The notes under the pieces were generated by a model. It ran no database searches, had not been told where the DNA came from, and was given only the letters and a program-made list of their open reading frames with translations. A stretch of 64,000 bases of DNA. Source: an uncultured Methanomicrobiaceae archaeon (GTDB lineage Archaea; Halobacteriota; Methanomicrobia; Methanomicrobiales; Methanoculleaceae). Location of the stretch: assembly GCA_963826525.1 (NCBI GenBank), contig CAWGXH010000003.1, positions 576,001 to 640,000 on the forward strand, read 5' to 3'. This document shows, one piece after another, positions 42,826 to 52,254 of this stretch. Within the stretch, counting starts at the first letter, position 1, and the number at the start of each line of letters is the position of its first letter. The translations under genes were made by a program, and so were the position numbers.

Positions 42826-43980
42826 TTAGCAGGATAGATGCTCTTCCTGAGCGGTATTCCGGTACGTCTTGGTAAGTCTCTCCGCGACGGTCTCCCACCG
42901 GAACTGCTGCTCTACTTTCTCCCGCCCCTGCCTTCCCATTGCGGCGATGCGGGCCGGGCTGTCGGTTATCGAGAGGAGCCCCTCGGCGATGCTCTCGGGC
43001 TTTGGGAGCACCTTGACGCCGTCCGTACCATGCTCGATATTCTCGCCGAGACCGCCGACGTCCGATGCGACGACGCACCGTTCGGCGCTCCATGCTTCGA
43101 GGAGCACGAGGCCGAAGGGCTCGTTCCTGCTCGGAATGACGACGACATCCGCCGCGTTCAGGAGGCGGAGATGATCGGTGTCGGCGAGGTGGCCGAGGAA
43201 CCGAACCGGAAGTTTCTCTGAGCGTTCTTCGAGCTTCCGGCGCATATCGCCGTCCCCGACGAAGAGGATCTTTCCGTTCTGCTGCTGCTGCAGAAGTGTC
43301 GGCACCGCATCGACGAGTATATCCGGCCCTTTCTGCCAGGCGAGCCTTCCCACAAAGAGCAGAAGGGGTTCGTCCGGGGCGAGGCCGTGCTCCCGTTTCA
43401 CATCGTCCGGGTTTACGTCCCTTTTGTACTCCTGCGGCACCACGCCGTTCGGGACGACGTCGATCTTCCATTCCGGAACATTATAGAGCTGCATGGCCTC
43501 GCTCCGAAGTGTCGAGGAGACTGCCGTGACCCTCTTTGCTATCAGCCCTCCATACCACTCTTTCCCCGATATCTCCCGGTATGCCCATCCGTCTCCGACG
43601 GTGTTGCCGCACCGTCCATACTCCGTCGAATGATACGTAAAAACGGTCTCCCGCTCCTGCAGGTGGTGCATCGCCTCGACGACGTGCCAGTCGTGGAAGT
43701 GGAGGATATCGAAGGGCGTTTTATCCTGCCGCCTGAACTGGTCGACCATGCTGTGGCTCATCCGGCCGCAGTAGTCGATGATGTCGGTCCCCGTGGGCTG
43801 GCAGTAATGGTAGCGGACTCCGTTGATCTCCTCGCCGTCTCCCTTTCCCCTCGTGAAAAAGTGTATCTCATGGGTACGGGCGAGCGTCTCGGCGAGGTTG
43901 GTTGCCGCGTTGGCCAGTCCCCCGACCCGTTCGGCATGGAGGGACTCCCAGCAGAAAAATGCAATCTTCAGGCTCTCCAT
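42826..43980 (-). CDS. Glycosyltransferase family 4 (glycogen synthase-like)
   Basis: VGGLA, HFHDWH, FVGRLAWQKG, PSRNEPFGLVLLEAW. Confidence 0.92.
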   Translation of the reverse strand: MESLKIAFFCWESLHAERVGGLANAATNLAETLARTHEIHFFTRGKGDGEEINGVRYHYCQPTGTDIIDYCGRMSHSMVDQFRRQDKTPFDILHFHDWHVVEAMHHLQERETVFTYHSTEYGRCGNTVGDGWAYREISGKEWYGGLIAKRVTAVSSTLRSEAMQLYNVPEWKIDVVPNGVVPQEYKRDVNPDDVKREHGLAPDEPLLLFVGRLAWQKGPDILVDAVPTLLQQQQNGKILFVGDGDMRRKLEERSEKLPVRFLGHLADTDHLRLLNAADVVVIPSRNEPFGLVLLEAWSAERCVVASDVGGLGENIEHGTDGVKVLPKPESIAEGLLSITDSPARIAAMGRQGREKVEQQFRWETVAERLTKTYRNTAQEEHLSC

Positions 43981-44434
43981 CGGTCTCCTCTTCGTGTTTT
44001 TGTCGATAGGTTATTCATTTTTCAGGATCCGCACATCTGCTGACTGCCGCCGCATCTACGGGCGGCTCTCCCCCGTCCGGTACGACAGACCGGATATGAA
44101 TCATCGCTTCTTCGAGCAGCCATCCGCGACTCTCCGTATAGATCGGGGTCTCCGGGTGCCGTCTTCTCACCAGTACAAACCGACGAATGTTTGAACCCCT
44201 CTCTGCACAAGGCCGGTATACTGCTGCTCTTTGCAGGTTCCGACGACTAGGATAACCCTGATAGAAATGCCCGGGGCTTAGAACCTGGGCAGTCAGCGCC
44301 CTCCGTATACTCTCGAAGGAGATAATAGTTTGCAGGGGACAGCGCCAGAACACATCAGGCGGGACAGAACGGCACCCGGCATCCGGGGAACGCACGTTTG
44401 TCGGATGCGTGGTGCAGAACGGACAGCATGACCA

Positions 44435-44938
44435 TCAGGGGGTGGATACGTCCCGGAGCCTTCTTATAAGGTGCTCGCCGTGCGACCCCATCCAGTAGAG
44501 TTTTTTGCACCCGGCACACCAGAAGAAATCCGTATCGATGCACCCCTCCGGAGCGTAGGGCGTCTCTCTGACCTCCCTCTCCGTCGCAGGGCGGAGACGG
44601 GCGTTGCAGACGGAGCAGCGGCTCATCCGGATCTCCGGCCGGACAAGCCCTAGATCGACAAGCTGCCTGACCTGTTCGAGGACATCTTCCGAACGGATGT
44701 AGACGGCCGCATCGCCGCCCCTGCGGGCAAGTTCCCGGTCGCGGGTGAGCAGAATCCGGTTACTCTCCGTCGCGATCTCAAGGAGGACGGTATCTTCACG
44801 GGTATTGCCCCGGGTGAGCGAACTCGCGCTCATCGTATCGTAGCCCATGAAGCGGAGGTACCGGGTCAGCGTCCCGAGCATCCGGTCGGCGAGGAACCGC
44901 ACCTCGCCTCCGGTTTTTTCAGTCGATCTTCGAGACAT
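44435..44938 (-). CDS. Mut7-C (PIN-like) RNase domain protein with Zn ribbon
   Basis: RFLADRMLGTLTRYLRFMGYDT, LLTRDREL, SRCSVCN, WCAGCKKLYWMGSH. Confidence 0.9.
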   Translation of the reverse strand: MSRRSTEKTGGEVRFLADRMLGTLTRYLRFMGYDTMSASSLTRGNTREDTVLLEIATESNRILLTRDRELARRGGDAAVYIRSEDVLEQVRQLVDLGLVRPEIRMSRCSVCNARLRPATEREVRETPYAPEGCIDTDFFWCAGCKKLYWMGSHGEHLIRRLRDVSTP

Positions 44939-45932
44939 ATGCAATACTGCCGCCGCAGGCCGTACACCGGTGGTCTTCAACTCCCACGAGCCTGCTCGTG
45001 AACCCCGTCCGCTCGATCGCGACCGCCCCGCACTCCGGACAGTAGGTGTTCTCGTAGGGATGGTTCATGACATTGCCGAGGTACGGGTAGTTGATACCGA
45101 GGCTTTTAGCGTGTTCGTAGATCTTCTCGAGCTGCGCAACGCTGGTCGGGCTTTTATCCTGCATCTTGTAATCGGGGTGGAACCGGGTGAAGTGCATCGG
45201 AGTATCGGGGCCGAGGTGCTCGAGCACCCACCGGATCAGCGAGTCCATCTCCTCGATGGAGTCGTTCAGCCCCGGAATGACAAGCGTCACGGTCTCGACG
45301 TGCATCCCGAGCTCGTGGGCGAGTATCGTGGCGTCGAGGACGGGGTCGAGCTTTCCGCCGCAGACCTTTTTGTAAAAGGTATCCGAGAAGGTCTTGATAT
45401 CCACGCGGAAGGCGTTCAGCATGGTCGCGACCTCGCGGAGCCCCTCCTCGGTTATGTAGCCGTTCGTGACGTATACCGTGCCGAGCCCCTGCCGGCGGGC
45501 GAGCGTCCCCATATCGAGAGGATACTCGTGCCAGATCGTCGGTTCGTTGTAGGTCCAGGCGATGCTCGCAGAGCCGGTCTCTTTCGCGCGGCGAACGCCC
45601 TCTTCGGGACTCAGGTCACGGAGCATCTGCTGCTCGAGGGTTGCCTGTGAGATATGCCAGTTCTGGCAGTGGCCGCAGTGGAAGTTGCAGCCGATGGTGC
45701 CGAGCGAGTAACAGAGGCTGCCCGGGAGGAAGTGGAAGAGCGGTTTTTTCTCGATGGGGTCGACCGCCTCGGCACTTATCTTGCCGTAGGTGGCGGCATA
45801 CAGTGTTCCCCCGCGATTGATTCGAACGCCGCAGACTCCCTGCTTCCCGTCGCGGATGGTGCAGCGATGCGGGCAGAGCGAGCAGTGCACCGTCTCGCCT
45901 TCGAGTTTCTGGTACAGTCGTGCTTCATGCAT
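44919..45932 (-). CDS. amrS: AmmeMemoRadiSam system radical SAM enzyme
   Basis: CSLCPHRC, DPIEKKPLFHFLPG, GCNFHCGHCQNW, TYNEP, RFHPDY, YLGNV. Confidence 0.92.
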   Translation of the reverse strand: MHEARLYQKLEGETVHCSLCPHRCTIRDGKQGVCGVRINRGGTLYAATYGKISAEAVDPIEKKPLFHFLPGSLCYSLGTIGCNFHCGHCQNWHISQATLEQQMLRDLSPEEGVRRAKETGSASIAWTYNEPTIWHEYPLDMGTLARRQGLGTVYVTNGYITEEGLREVATMLNAFRVDIKTFSDTFYKKVCGGKLDPVLDATILAHELGMHVETVTLVIPGLNDSIEEMDSLIRWVLEHLGPDTPMHFTRFHPDYKMQDKSPTSVAQLEKIYEHAKSLGINYPYLGNVMNHPYENTYCPECGAVAIERTGFTSRLVGVEDHRCTACGGSIAYVSKID

Positions 45933-46137
45933 GCGGACCACATACGTGGATGAGACAGTCCCCGGTATATAGGTAATGCCGGCATCACCGTCTGGCCGCC
46001 GCGGTATCTGCACCGCCCGTATGCGTATCTCGCGCATTCCCGCAGGCGACGGTGTATACATCCGTGTTTTTACAGAAAGGGCAGGGCACCATCTTCAACA
46101 GGTATATGAGTGATCTGCAGGAAAAGTATACGGTGGA

Positions 46138-46842
46138 ATGAAAAGGATAGTCATCTCACTCGGCGGCTCGGTTCTGGTACCAACTCTTGAGTCGAACAAT
46201 ATAGAACGATACGTTGCCGTTCTCAAAAAGATAGCCGAAAAATGCCGGATTTTTGTAGTGGTCGGCGGCGGCGGAGAGGCACGCCGTTATATAGGGGCGG
46301 CGCGATCCGTCGGCATCGACGAAGCGACGGCGGACGAACTCGGTATCATGGTTACGCGCCTGAACGCACGCCTGCTCGTCGGCGGACTCGGGTCGGCCGC
46401 ATACCCGCGGGTGGCCGAGAACTACACGGAGGCGAAGGAGTATGCCGAGACGGCGAAGATCGTCGTCATGGGCGGGGTCACTCCGGCGCAGACGACCGAT
46501 GCCGTCTCTGCGGTGCTCGCCGAGAGTGTCGGTGCCGACCTCCTCATCAACGCCACATCGGTTAACGGGATCTACAGCGCCGATCCGAAGAAGCACGCGG
46601 GCGCAGTCAGGCACGAGCGGCTGACGCCCGGCCAGCTCCTGGAGATCATCGCCCATGGGAGACTCAGTGCCGGAGCAAATACTGTCCTTGATATCGTCGC
46701 CGGGAAGGTTGTCGAACGGAGCGGCATCCCGCTCCTGGTGCTGGACGGCCGCGACCCCGAGAACCTCGCAAGAGCGATCGTCGAGGGTGAGTTCGTCGGG
46801 ACGATCGTCGGTGAAGAGGGCTCCTGCCCGCTGCCGGTCTGA
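46138..46842 (+). CDS. pyrH: UMP kinase (archaeal type)
   Basis: IVISLGGSV, VVGGGGEAR.YI, TTDAVSA, VNGIYSADP. Confidence 0.95.
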   Translation: MKRIVISLGGSVLVPTLESNNIERYVAVLKKIAEKCRIFVVVGGGGEARRYIGAARSVGIDEATADELGIMVTRLNARLLVGGLGSAAYPRVAENYTEAKEYAETAKIVVMGGVTPAQTTDAVSAVLAESVGADLLINATSVNGIYSADPKKHAGAVRHERLTPGQLLEIIAHGRLSAGANTVLDIVAGKVVERSGIPLLVLDGRDPENLARAIVEGEFVGTIVGEEGSCPLPV

Positions 46843-46900
46843 TCGGTCTCCTCTTCATCGGCAACTATTTTTGCTCGCTCCGCCTATGTATTCAGGCACA

Positions 46901-46975
46901 GGGGTAGTAGGGTAGCCTGGTCCATCCTAGAGCGTTTGGGACGCTTTGACGGCAGTTCGAATCTGCCCTACCCCA
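46901..46975 (+). tRNA. tRNA-Pro (anticodon UGG)
   Basis: Acceptor GGGGTAG/CTACCCC+A, anticodon arm GAGCG-TTTGGGA-CGCTT, T-arm GGCAG-TTCGAAT-CTGCC; no intron, CCA not encoded. Confidence 0.95.
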
Positions 46976-46981
46976 TCTGTT

Positions 46982-47638
46982 ATGGATCCGGATACGGCAT
47001 ATGCAATCTATCGGCGTCTTCTTCTGCACTATCCTATCGTCGAAGGCCGTACCAACTTTATTCCGTTCGATAGTCCGTTTGAGTCTCTTATTCTGACCAT
47101 TCTCTCAGCCCAGACCACCGATAGGTCGGTTACTGCCGTACGCGAACCGCTCTTCTCGCGGTATCCGACCCCGGAGGCGCTTGCCGCCGCCTCGCCCGAG
47201 GAGGTCGAGCCGATCATCAGGACACTCGGGTTTCACCACGCGAAAGCCGAGTATATCGTCGGGACAGCCCGGAAGATCGTCGAGTCGTTCGGCGGCGAGG
47301 TTCCGCGAACGATGAACGAACTCCGATCGCTGCCCGGCGTCGGCAGAAAGACCGCGAATATCGTTCTCTCCCATGCCTTCGGGATCAACACCGGCATAGC
47401 CGTCGACACGCATGTCCGGCGGGTCTCGCACCGGCTCGGGATGACCGAGAGCAGAAACCCCGATATCATCGAACGCGACCTGATGGCGCTCCTGCCGGAG
47501 GAGACCTGGGGTGAGGTGAACTATCTCCTTATCCGGCACGGACGGGAGATCTGCACGGCCAGAAACCCGAAGCACGAGGAGTGTTTTCTCCGCGATCTCT
47601 GCCGCTACTACCGGGAAGAGGTGAAAAGGGCTCTCTAG
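46982..47638 (+). CDS. nth: Endonuclease III
   Basis: ILSAQTTD, HhH LPGVGRKTAN, AVDTHV.R, C-terminal Fe-S loop. Confidence 0.95.
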   Translation: MDPDTAYAIYRRLLLHYPIVEGRTNFIPFDSPFESLILTILSAQTTDRSVTAVREPLFSRYPTPEALAAASPEEVEPIIRTLGFHHAKAEYIVGTARKIVESFGGEVPRTMNELRSLPGVGRKTANIVLSHAFGINTGIAVDTHVRRVSHRLGMTESRNPDIIERDLMALLPEETWGEVNYLLIRHGREICTARNPKHEECFLRDLCRYYREEVKRAL

Positions 47639-47793
47639 AAACTCTTCACATCGACATATCCTTGCCGCTCTTTTTCGAGACCATCCTCCTACCGTCGATC
47701 TGCCAAGGTCATGGACGTCATGGTGAAGATGGAGCACCAATGACCCACAGGAGTCTTTCAGGAATGCTGTAAAAAAAGTGTCCTGATCCCGGT

Positions 47794-48969
47794 TCACAGC
47801 CAGATTGCCTGATAGACCAGAAAACAGAGCCCGGCAACGATCGCGGCTGCCGGGATAGTCAGGATCCATGCGGCGACGATCTCACGGACGATACCCCATT
47901 TTACCGCGGAGTAGCCGCGGGTTGCACCGACACCCATGATCGCGCCGGTCGTGGCGTGGGTCGTCGAGACCGGCACACCGAAGGCGGTCATGAGCGAGAG
48001 GACGGCACCGGCGGCCGTCGAGGCGCAGAAACCCTGATACGGCCGTATCTTGGTGATCTTGTTCGCCATCTTATCGATGACGCGCCACCCGCCGAGGAGG
48101 GTTCCGAGCGAGATAGCGAGTGACGAGGCGAGGATGACCCAGAGGGGAACGGAAAATTCGGTGAGCATCCCTCCGGCGAGGAGCAGCGCCGTGATGATAC
48201 CCATCGCGTTCTGGGCGTCGTTGCTGCCGTGGCCGATCGCCTGGAACGAGCCTGAAAAGATCTGGAGGTTGCGGAAGATACCGTTCAGCCGCCGGGGTGG
48301 GTAGTTCCTGACGGTGCGGACGACGATGAGCGCGAACGCGAATGCCGATATGAGCCCGAGCATCGGTGAGATGACGATGAAGACGAGGACCGCGAGGATG
48401 CCGCTGATCTTGATGATACCCGCTATGATGAGCACCGGAAAGGTCAGCGTCACCCCGATCAGGGCGCCGAGGGCGACGTACTGCGATACGGGCTCTTTGT
48501 GGCGAAGGGCGAGGGCTGCAAGCGCGACCATGCCGATCACCGCGCCAATGAGCCCATAGATCACTACGAGTTCGACGATCTCCGGTGCCGGCCAGAGTAT
48601 CGCCGAAACACCCGCGCCGGCAATACCTGCACCGAGCAACCCGCCGATGAGCGCGTGGCTGCTCGAGACGGGAATGCCGAGGTACGAGGTGACGAGCACC
48701 CAGAGGACGGCGCCGATGAGGCCGACCAGAACAAGCGGGGGGGTGAGAAACGTGGGATCGACGATCCCTTTTCCGATAGTCTGTGCAATGGCGGTCGTGA
48801 AGAGCAGCGGGCCGACGAGGTTGAAGATGCCGGCGAGTGCCACTGCCTGAAGCGGGGTGAGCGCCTTTGTGGCGATGATGGTGGCGATGGAGTTTGCGGC
48901 GTCGTTGAGCCCGTTTGCGAAGTTGAAGAGCAGCGCAAGACCGACTCCGACGAGGATTATGAGGTCCAT
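47794..48969 (-). CDS. PiT-family inorganic phosphate transporter
   Basis: GLNDAANSIAT, PVSSSH, HGSNDAQN, PVSTTH. Confidence 0.95.
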   Translation of the reverse strand: MDLIILVGVGLALLFNFANGLNDAANSIATIIATKALTPLQAVALAGIFNLVGPLLFTTAIAQTIGKGIVDPTFLTPPLVLVGLIGAVLWVLVTSYLGIPVSSSHALIGGLLGAGIAGAGVSAILWPAPEIVELVVIYGLIGAVIGMVALAALALRHKEPVSQYVALGALIGVTLTFPVLIIAGIIKISGILAVLVFIVISPMLGLISAFAFALIVVRTVRNYPPRRLNGIFRNLQIFSGSFQAIGHGSNDAQNAMGIITALLLAGGMLTEFSVPLWVILASSLAISLGTLLGGWRVIDKMANKITKIRPYQGFCASTAAGAVLSLMTAFGVPVSTTHATTGAIMGVGATRGYSAVKWGIVREIVAAWILTIPAAAIVAGLCFLVYQAIWL

Positions 48970-48974
48970 AGCGA

Positions 48975-49613
48975 TCAGGAGTGTCTGATGGCGATATCGC
49001 TCAGGATGTTGGCGGCATCCTCGCACTTATCGGTAGCGAGCTCGAGGTTCTCGTAGATATCCTTGAGTTTGATGATGGTAATGGCATCGTCCGTCGTGAA
49101 GAGGTTCCGGATGGCTCTCCCGAGCACCCCGTCGGCGATGTTTTCGAGCCGGTTCACCTCGATGCACCGCTCTTCGATGTTCTTCGGATCTCTGATGGTC
49201 CTGATGCCCTTGACCGCGCCCTCTATCTCGACGACGCTGACCTGGATCAGTTTCGCAAGCTCGACCATGGCGTCGTCCGTCTCTTTGATGCAGTAACTGT
49301 GCATCTGCTGGGCGCTGCCGTCGATGTAGTCCAGAATGTCGTCGAGTGCCGATGCAAGACGGGAGATCTCCTCGGGTTCGAGCGGCGTGATGAACGTCCG
49401 GTTCAGCTGCTCGTAGATCTCGTGCGTGATATCGTCGCCCTCGTGTTCGATATCCTTCATCCGCTGGACTTTCTCTTTAACATTCGTGTAGTCCTCGACA
49501 AGCTCTACCAGGAGATCGGCCCCTTTGACCACCGTCTCCGCCTGTTTTTCCAGAAGATCGAAGAATATCCGATCCTGCGGTACAACCCACTCCTTAATTC
49601 TCACGCTGATCAT
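48975..49613 (-). CDS. DUF47 (PhoU-like) PiT accessory protein
   Basis: IEHEGDDITH..TFITPLE..LDDILD, LENIAD, ELATDKCED; directly upstream of the PiT gene. Confidence 0.92.
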   Translation of the reverse strand: MISVRIKEWVVPQDRIFFDLLEKQAETVVKGADLLVELVEDYTNVKEKVQRMKDIEHEGDDITHEIYEQLNRTFITPLEPEEISRLASALDDILDYIDGSAQQMHSYCIKETDDAMVELAKLIQVSVVEIEGAVKGIRTIRDPKNIEERCIEVNRLENIADGVLGRAIRNLFTTDDAITIIKLKDIYENLELATDKCEDAANILSDIAIRHS

Positions 49614-49669
49614 GTACTGTTTTGTTCGACCGATTAAAAACAGTTCGATGTTCCTGTCGGGAAGAGCGG

Positions 49670-49768
49670 TAAGAGACGGTTGAGTCAGGGCCGGAGGAGG
49701 AAGGGGATAAAAAAAAAAGATATAGAAATAAAAAAAAAAGGAAAGGTGAGTAAAAGAATAAGAGACGG
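49670..49768. repeat. 10-bp direct repeat enclosing two A10 tracts
   Basis: TAAGAGACGG at 49670-49679 and 49759-49768; A10 at 49709-49718 and 49730-49739. Confidence 0.8.
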
Positions 49769-49843
49769 CTCCGGTGGCCGGGTTCAGTGCACACTCGCAG
49801 TCGGAGGCAATGTCTATCACCCCGGAAGGTGTTGCAGTTCTCC

Positions 49844-50333
49844 ATGCACGGGCATGTACTCGGAGAGAAGGATCTCGAGCAGCGGGTCGTCGATTTTCTG
49901 GCGACGGAAGGAATGTGCGTCCTCGCCACCTGTTCAGAGAACGTCCCGCGGGCGTCCGCCGTCGAGTTCTTCGAAGATGGTACGACGCTCTATATCCTGA
50001 CCGAGGGAGGCCGGAAGGTAGAGAACATCAGCCAAAACCCGGCGGTCTCGGTGGCGATTCACACGCAGTTCATCGGGTGGGAGAAGATCAAGGGTATTCA
50101 GACTGACCGGCATCGCAGAGATAGGCAGGCACGGTTCGGCGATATTTCGCGCGGGCGAGGAGGCGTATCGGAGAAGAAAAGGGCAGGACGCCCATAGCAT
50201 TCCGGAGATGCTCTCCGTGATCCGGATCACGCCGCTGCGGATCGAGTTTCTTGATATGACGCGGAAAGCCGAGGGGCTCTCGCCGAAGCAGGAGATTGAG
50301 TACCCGGTGGATGCCGGCCGCGTCAGGCTCTGA
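49844..50333 (+). CDS. Pyridoxamine 5'-phosphate oxidase-like (FMN split barrel) protein, frame break near 50102
   Basis: CVLAT..PRASAV..LYILT..RKVENISQNPAVSVAI..KGIQ, then VIRITPLRIEFLD. Confidence 0.8.
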
Positions 50334-50337
50334 CCAA

Positions 50338-51126
50338 TCACCCGGTCTCCGCAAGGCTCCGCCGAATCTGCCGCCGGGTCTGCCACTCCACCACGCGGCC
50401 GATCGCGTCGTAGACCGGGTTGACCGGCACGTCGACGAAGTAGCGCTTTCCGGGCTCGAGCCAGCCCATCTCGTTCCAGTAGGCGTAATCAGCCGGAGCG
50501 TGTTTGCGGAGCTCGTCGAACGCTCCCCGCTGGGCGCGGAAGACGATGACGTCCCGAAGATGCGGCGATCGGCGCGTCTTTCGGTTCAGGGTGTCCGCGA
50601 AGGCTTTTGCAGCCTGCATGAGTTTCTGCTCGTTCTCCTGCATCTGCCGTGCGGAGATGCCCGGAGGCGTGACGATCCCGACGCGGCCGGCGACCTCGAA
50701 TCCCCAGATACCGGCGACAAGACTGAGATAGTCGAGGACGTCCTTCTCCCCGAGCGCACCGGTGGTCACGAGGAGGAGCGCTTTTTTGTCGAAGAACCGG
50801 GGGCGGTGGAAGATGTAACTCAACCGGTCGATGAAGACCTTCATCAGCCCAGAGACGTTCATCCCGTAGACCGGGGAGGCGAAGATCACGCCGTCGGCCT
50901 CGTGCATCTTCTGCTCGATCGACGGGGCATCGTCTTTGCGGGGGCAGTGCTCCTCGCCCTTCTCAAAACAGAGGAAACAGCCCAGGCACTGCGCGAGGTC
51001 GGCGTCCTTCAGCATTAGGTACTCGAACTCGACATCCCCGAGCGACTGCATCGCCTCTCTGATCCGCTCCGCCGCCCGGTAGGTGTTGCCCTTCCGCGGA
51101 CTGCCCATAACGACAAGGATCTTCAT
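50338..51126 (-). CDS. Iron-sulfur flavoprotein / flavodoxin family
   Basis: VMGSPRKGNT, CLGCFLCF..HC, ADGVIFASPVY..KVFIDR. Confidence 0.88.
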   Translation of the reverse strand: MKILVVMGSPRKGNTYRAAERIREAMQSLGDVEFEYLMLKDADLAQCLGCFLCFEKGEEHCPRKDDAPSIEQKMHEADGVIFASPVYGMNVSGLMKVFIDRLSYIFHRPRFFDKKALLLVTTGALGEKDVLDYLSLVAGIWGFEVAGRVGIVTPPGISARQMQENEQKLMQAAKAFADTLNRKTRRSPHLRDVIVFRAQRGAFDELRKHAPADYAYWNEMGWLEPGKRYFVDVPVNPVYDAIGRVVEWQTRRQIRRSLAETG

Positions 51127-51190
51127 GATGTCGTATACCGACTGCGATACTATCAATCAGTAGGCCCGGTGCGGTCGACCCCTCTCTCTG

Positions 51191-51499
51191 CTATGCCGAC
51201 CGTTTCGGAAGGTTGGCACGCAGGTACGCGAAATCCTCCTCGGTTGCATCGATCTCGTAGAGCACCGTTCCATACCCCGGACAGATCTTCGTGAAGGGGA
51301 GCAGGATCTTCTGCCTTCTGATCTGCATGCCGACGAGCATCGGCGCTTTGAGCAGCATCCGGATCTCCCGAAAGACAAAGTCCGGGTAGAGTTCATACTG
51401 CTCTTTTGAGTGCTTCGCAACGTACCGGTTCACTTCGTCGGGCGTCGCGTCCGTTAAGAGCACCTTGCCGCCGAGGTTGTTGATACACCGGGAAGGCAT
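51191..51499 (-). CDS. DUF1894 family protein
   Basis: CINNL..VLL..ILLPFTKICPGYGTVLYEI. Confidence 0.8.
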   Translation of the reverse strand: MPSRCINNLGGKVLLTDATPDEVNRYVAKHSKEQYELYPDFVFREIRMLLKAPMLVGMQIRRQKILLPFTKICPGYGTVLYEIDATEEDFAYLRANLPKRSA

Positions 51500-51590
51500 A
51501 TGTTCGTCTATGTACGAACCTCCTTGTATACTTACCGGAGGAACACCACAGGAAACTATACTACCCCGATTGCCCATACTTCGGAGTAGT

Positions 51591-52166
51591 ATGTATGTTG
51601 TCGCATTCAACGGAAGCCCGCGGGCCGGTGGGAACACCGAACGGCTGATCCGCCATGCCCTCGCCGTCCTCGAGGAGGAGGGGATCGAGACCGAACTTGT
51701 CCAGATCGGAGGAAAACCGGTCCACGGCTGCACGGCATGCCAGAAATGCTTCGAGAACCAGGATAAGCGCTGTATCATCGGGAAGGACTCCGTCAACCTC
51801 TGCATCGAAAAGATGGTCGCAGCGGACGGGATCATCATCGGCTCTCCCACCTACTTCGCCGACCTCTCACCCGAGACCAAAACACTCATCGACCGGGCAG
51901 GTTTCGTAGGGATCGCAAACGGCGGGCTGTATGCCCGAAAGGTGGGTGCGGCGGTCGTTGCCGCCCGTCGCGGCGGAGCAATCCATGCCTTCGACTCGAT
52001 CAATCACTTCTTCGGCATCAGCAATATGTTCACGGTGGGCTCGTCCTACTGGAACATCGGTATCGGCCTTGAAGCCGGGGACGTCGAGGATGATGCCGAA
52101 GGAATAGCGACGATGCAGAACCTGGGGCGGAATATGGCATGGCTGCTGAAGAAGATAGCCTCGTGA
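51591..52166 (+). CDS. Iron-sulfur flavoprotein (Isf family)
   Basis: FNGSPRAGGNT, CTACQKC..RC, GSPTYF, ARRGGA, GSSYWN. Confidence 0.92.
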   Translation: MYVVAFNGSPRAGGNTERLIRHALAVLEEEGIETELVQIGGKPVHGCTACQKCFENQDKRCIIGKDSVNLCIEKMVAADGIIIGSPTYFADLSPETKTLIDRAGFVGIANGGLYARKVGAAVVAARRGGAIHAFDSINHFFGISNMFTVGSSYWNIGIGLEAGDVEDDAEGIATMQNLGRNMAWLLKKIAS

Positions 52167-52254
52167 CGGCGCAGAGAGGATACGGACTTCGAAAGAACTA
52201 AGGGACAACTGCTCAACTCTGTAGAGTGGGCATGTAGGCCGGGACTGGTGGATC

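Noticed and set aside
43990-44430. Long intergenic region with short ORFs
   Set aside because: ORFs lack coding-like composition and no RNA motif was recognised.
46901-47000. tRNA-Pro as an integration site for a mobile element
   Set aside because: Flanked by pyrH and nth; I saw no integrase and no duplicated tRNA 3' end.
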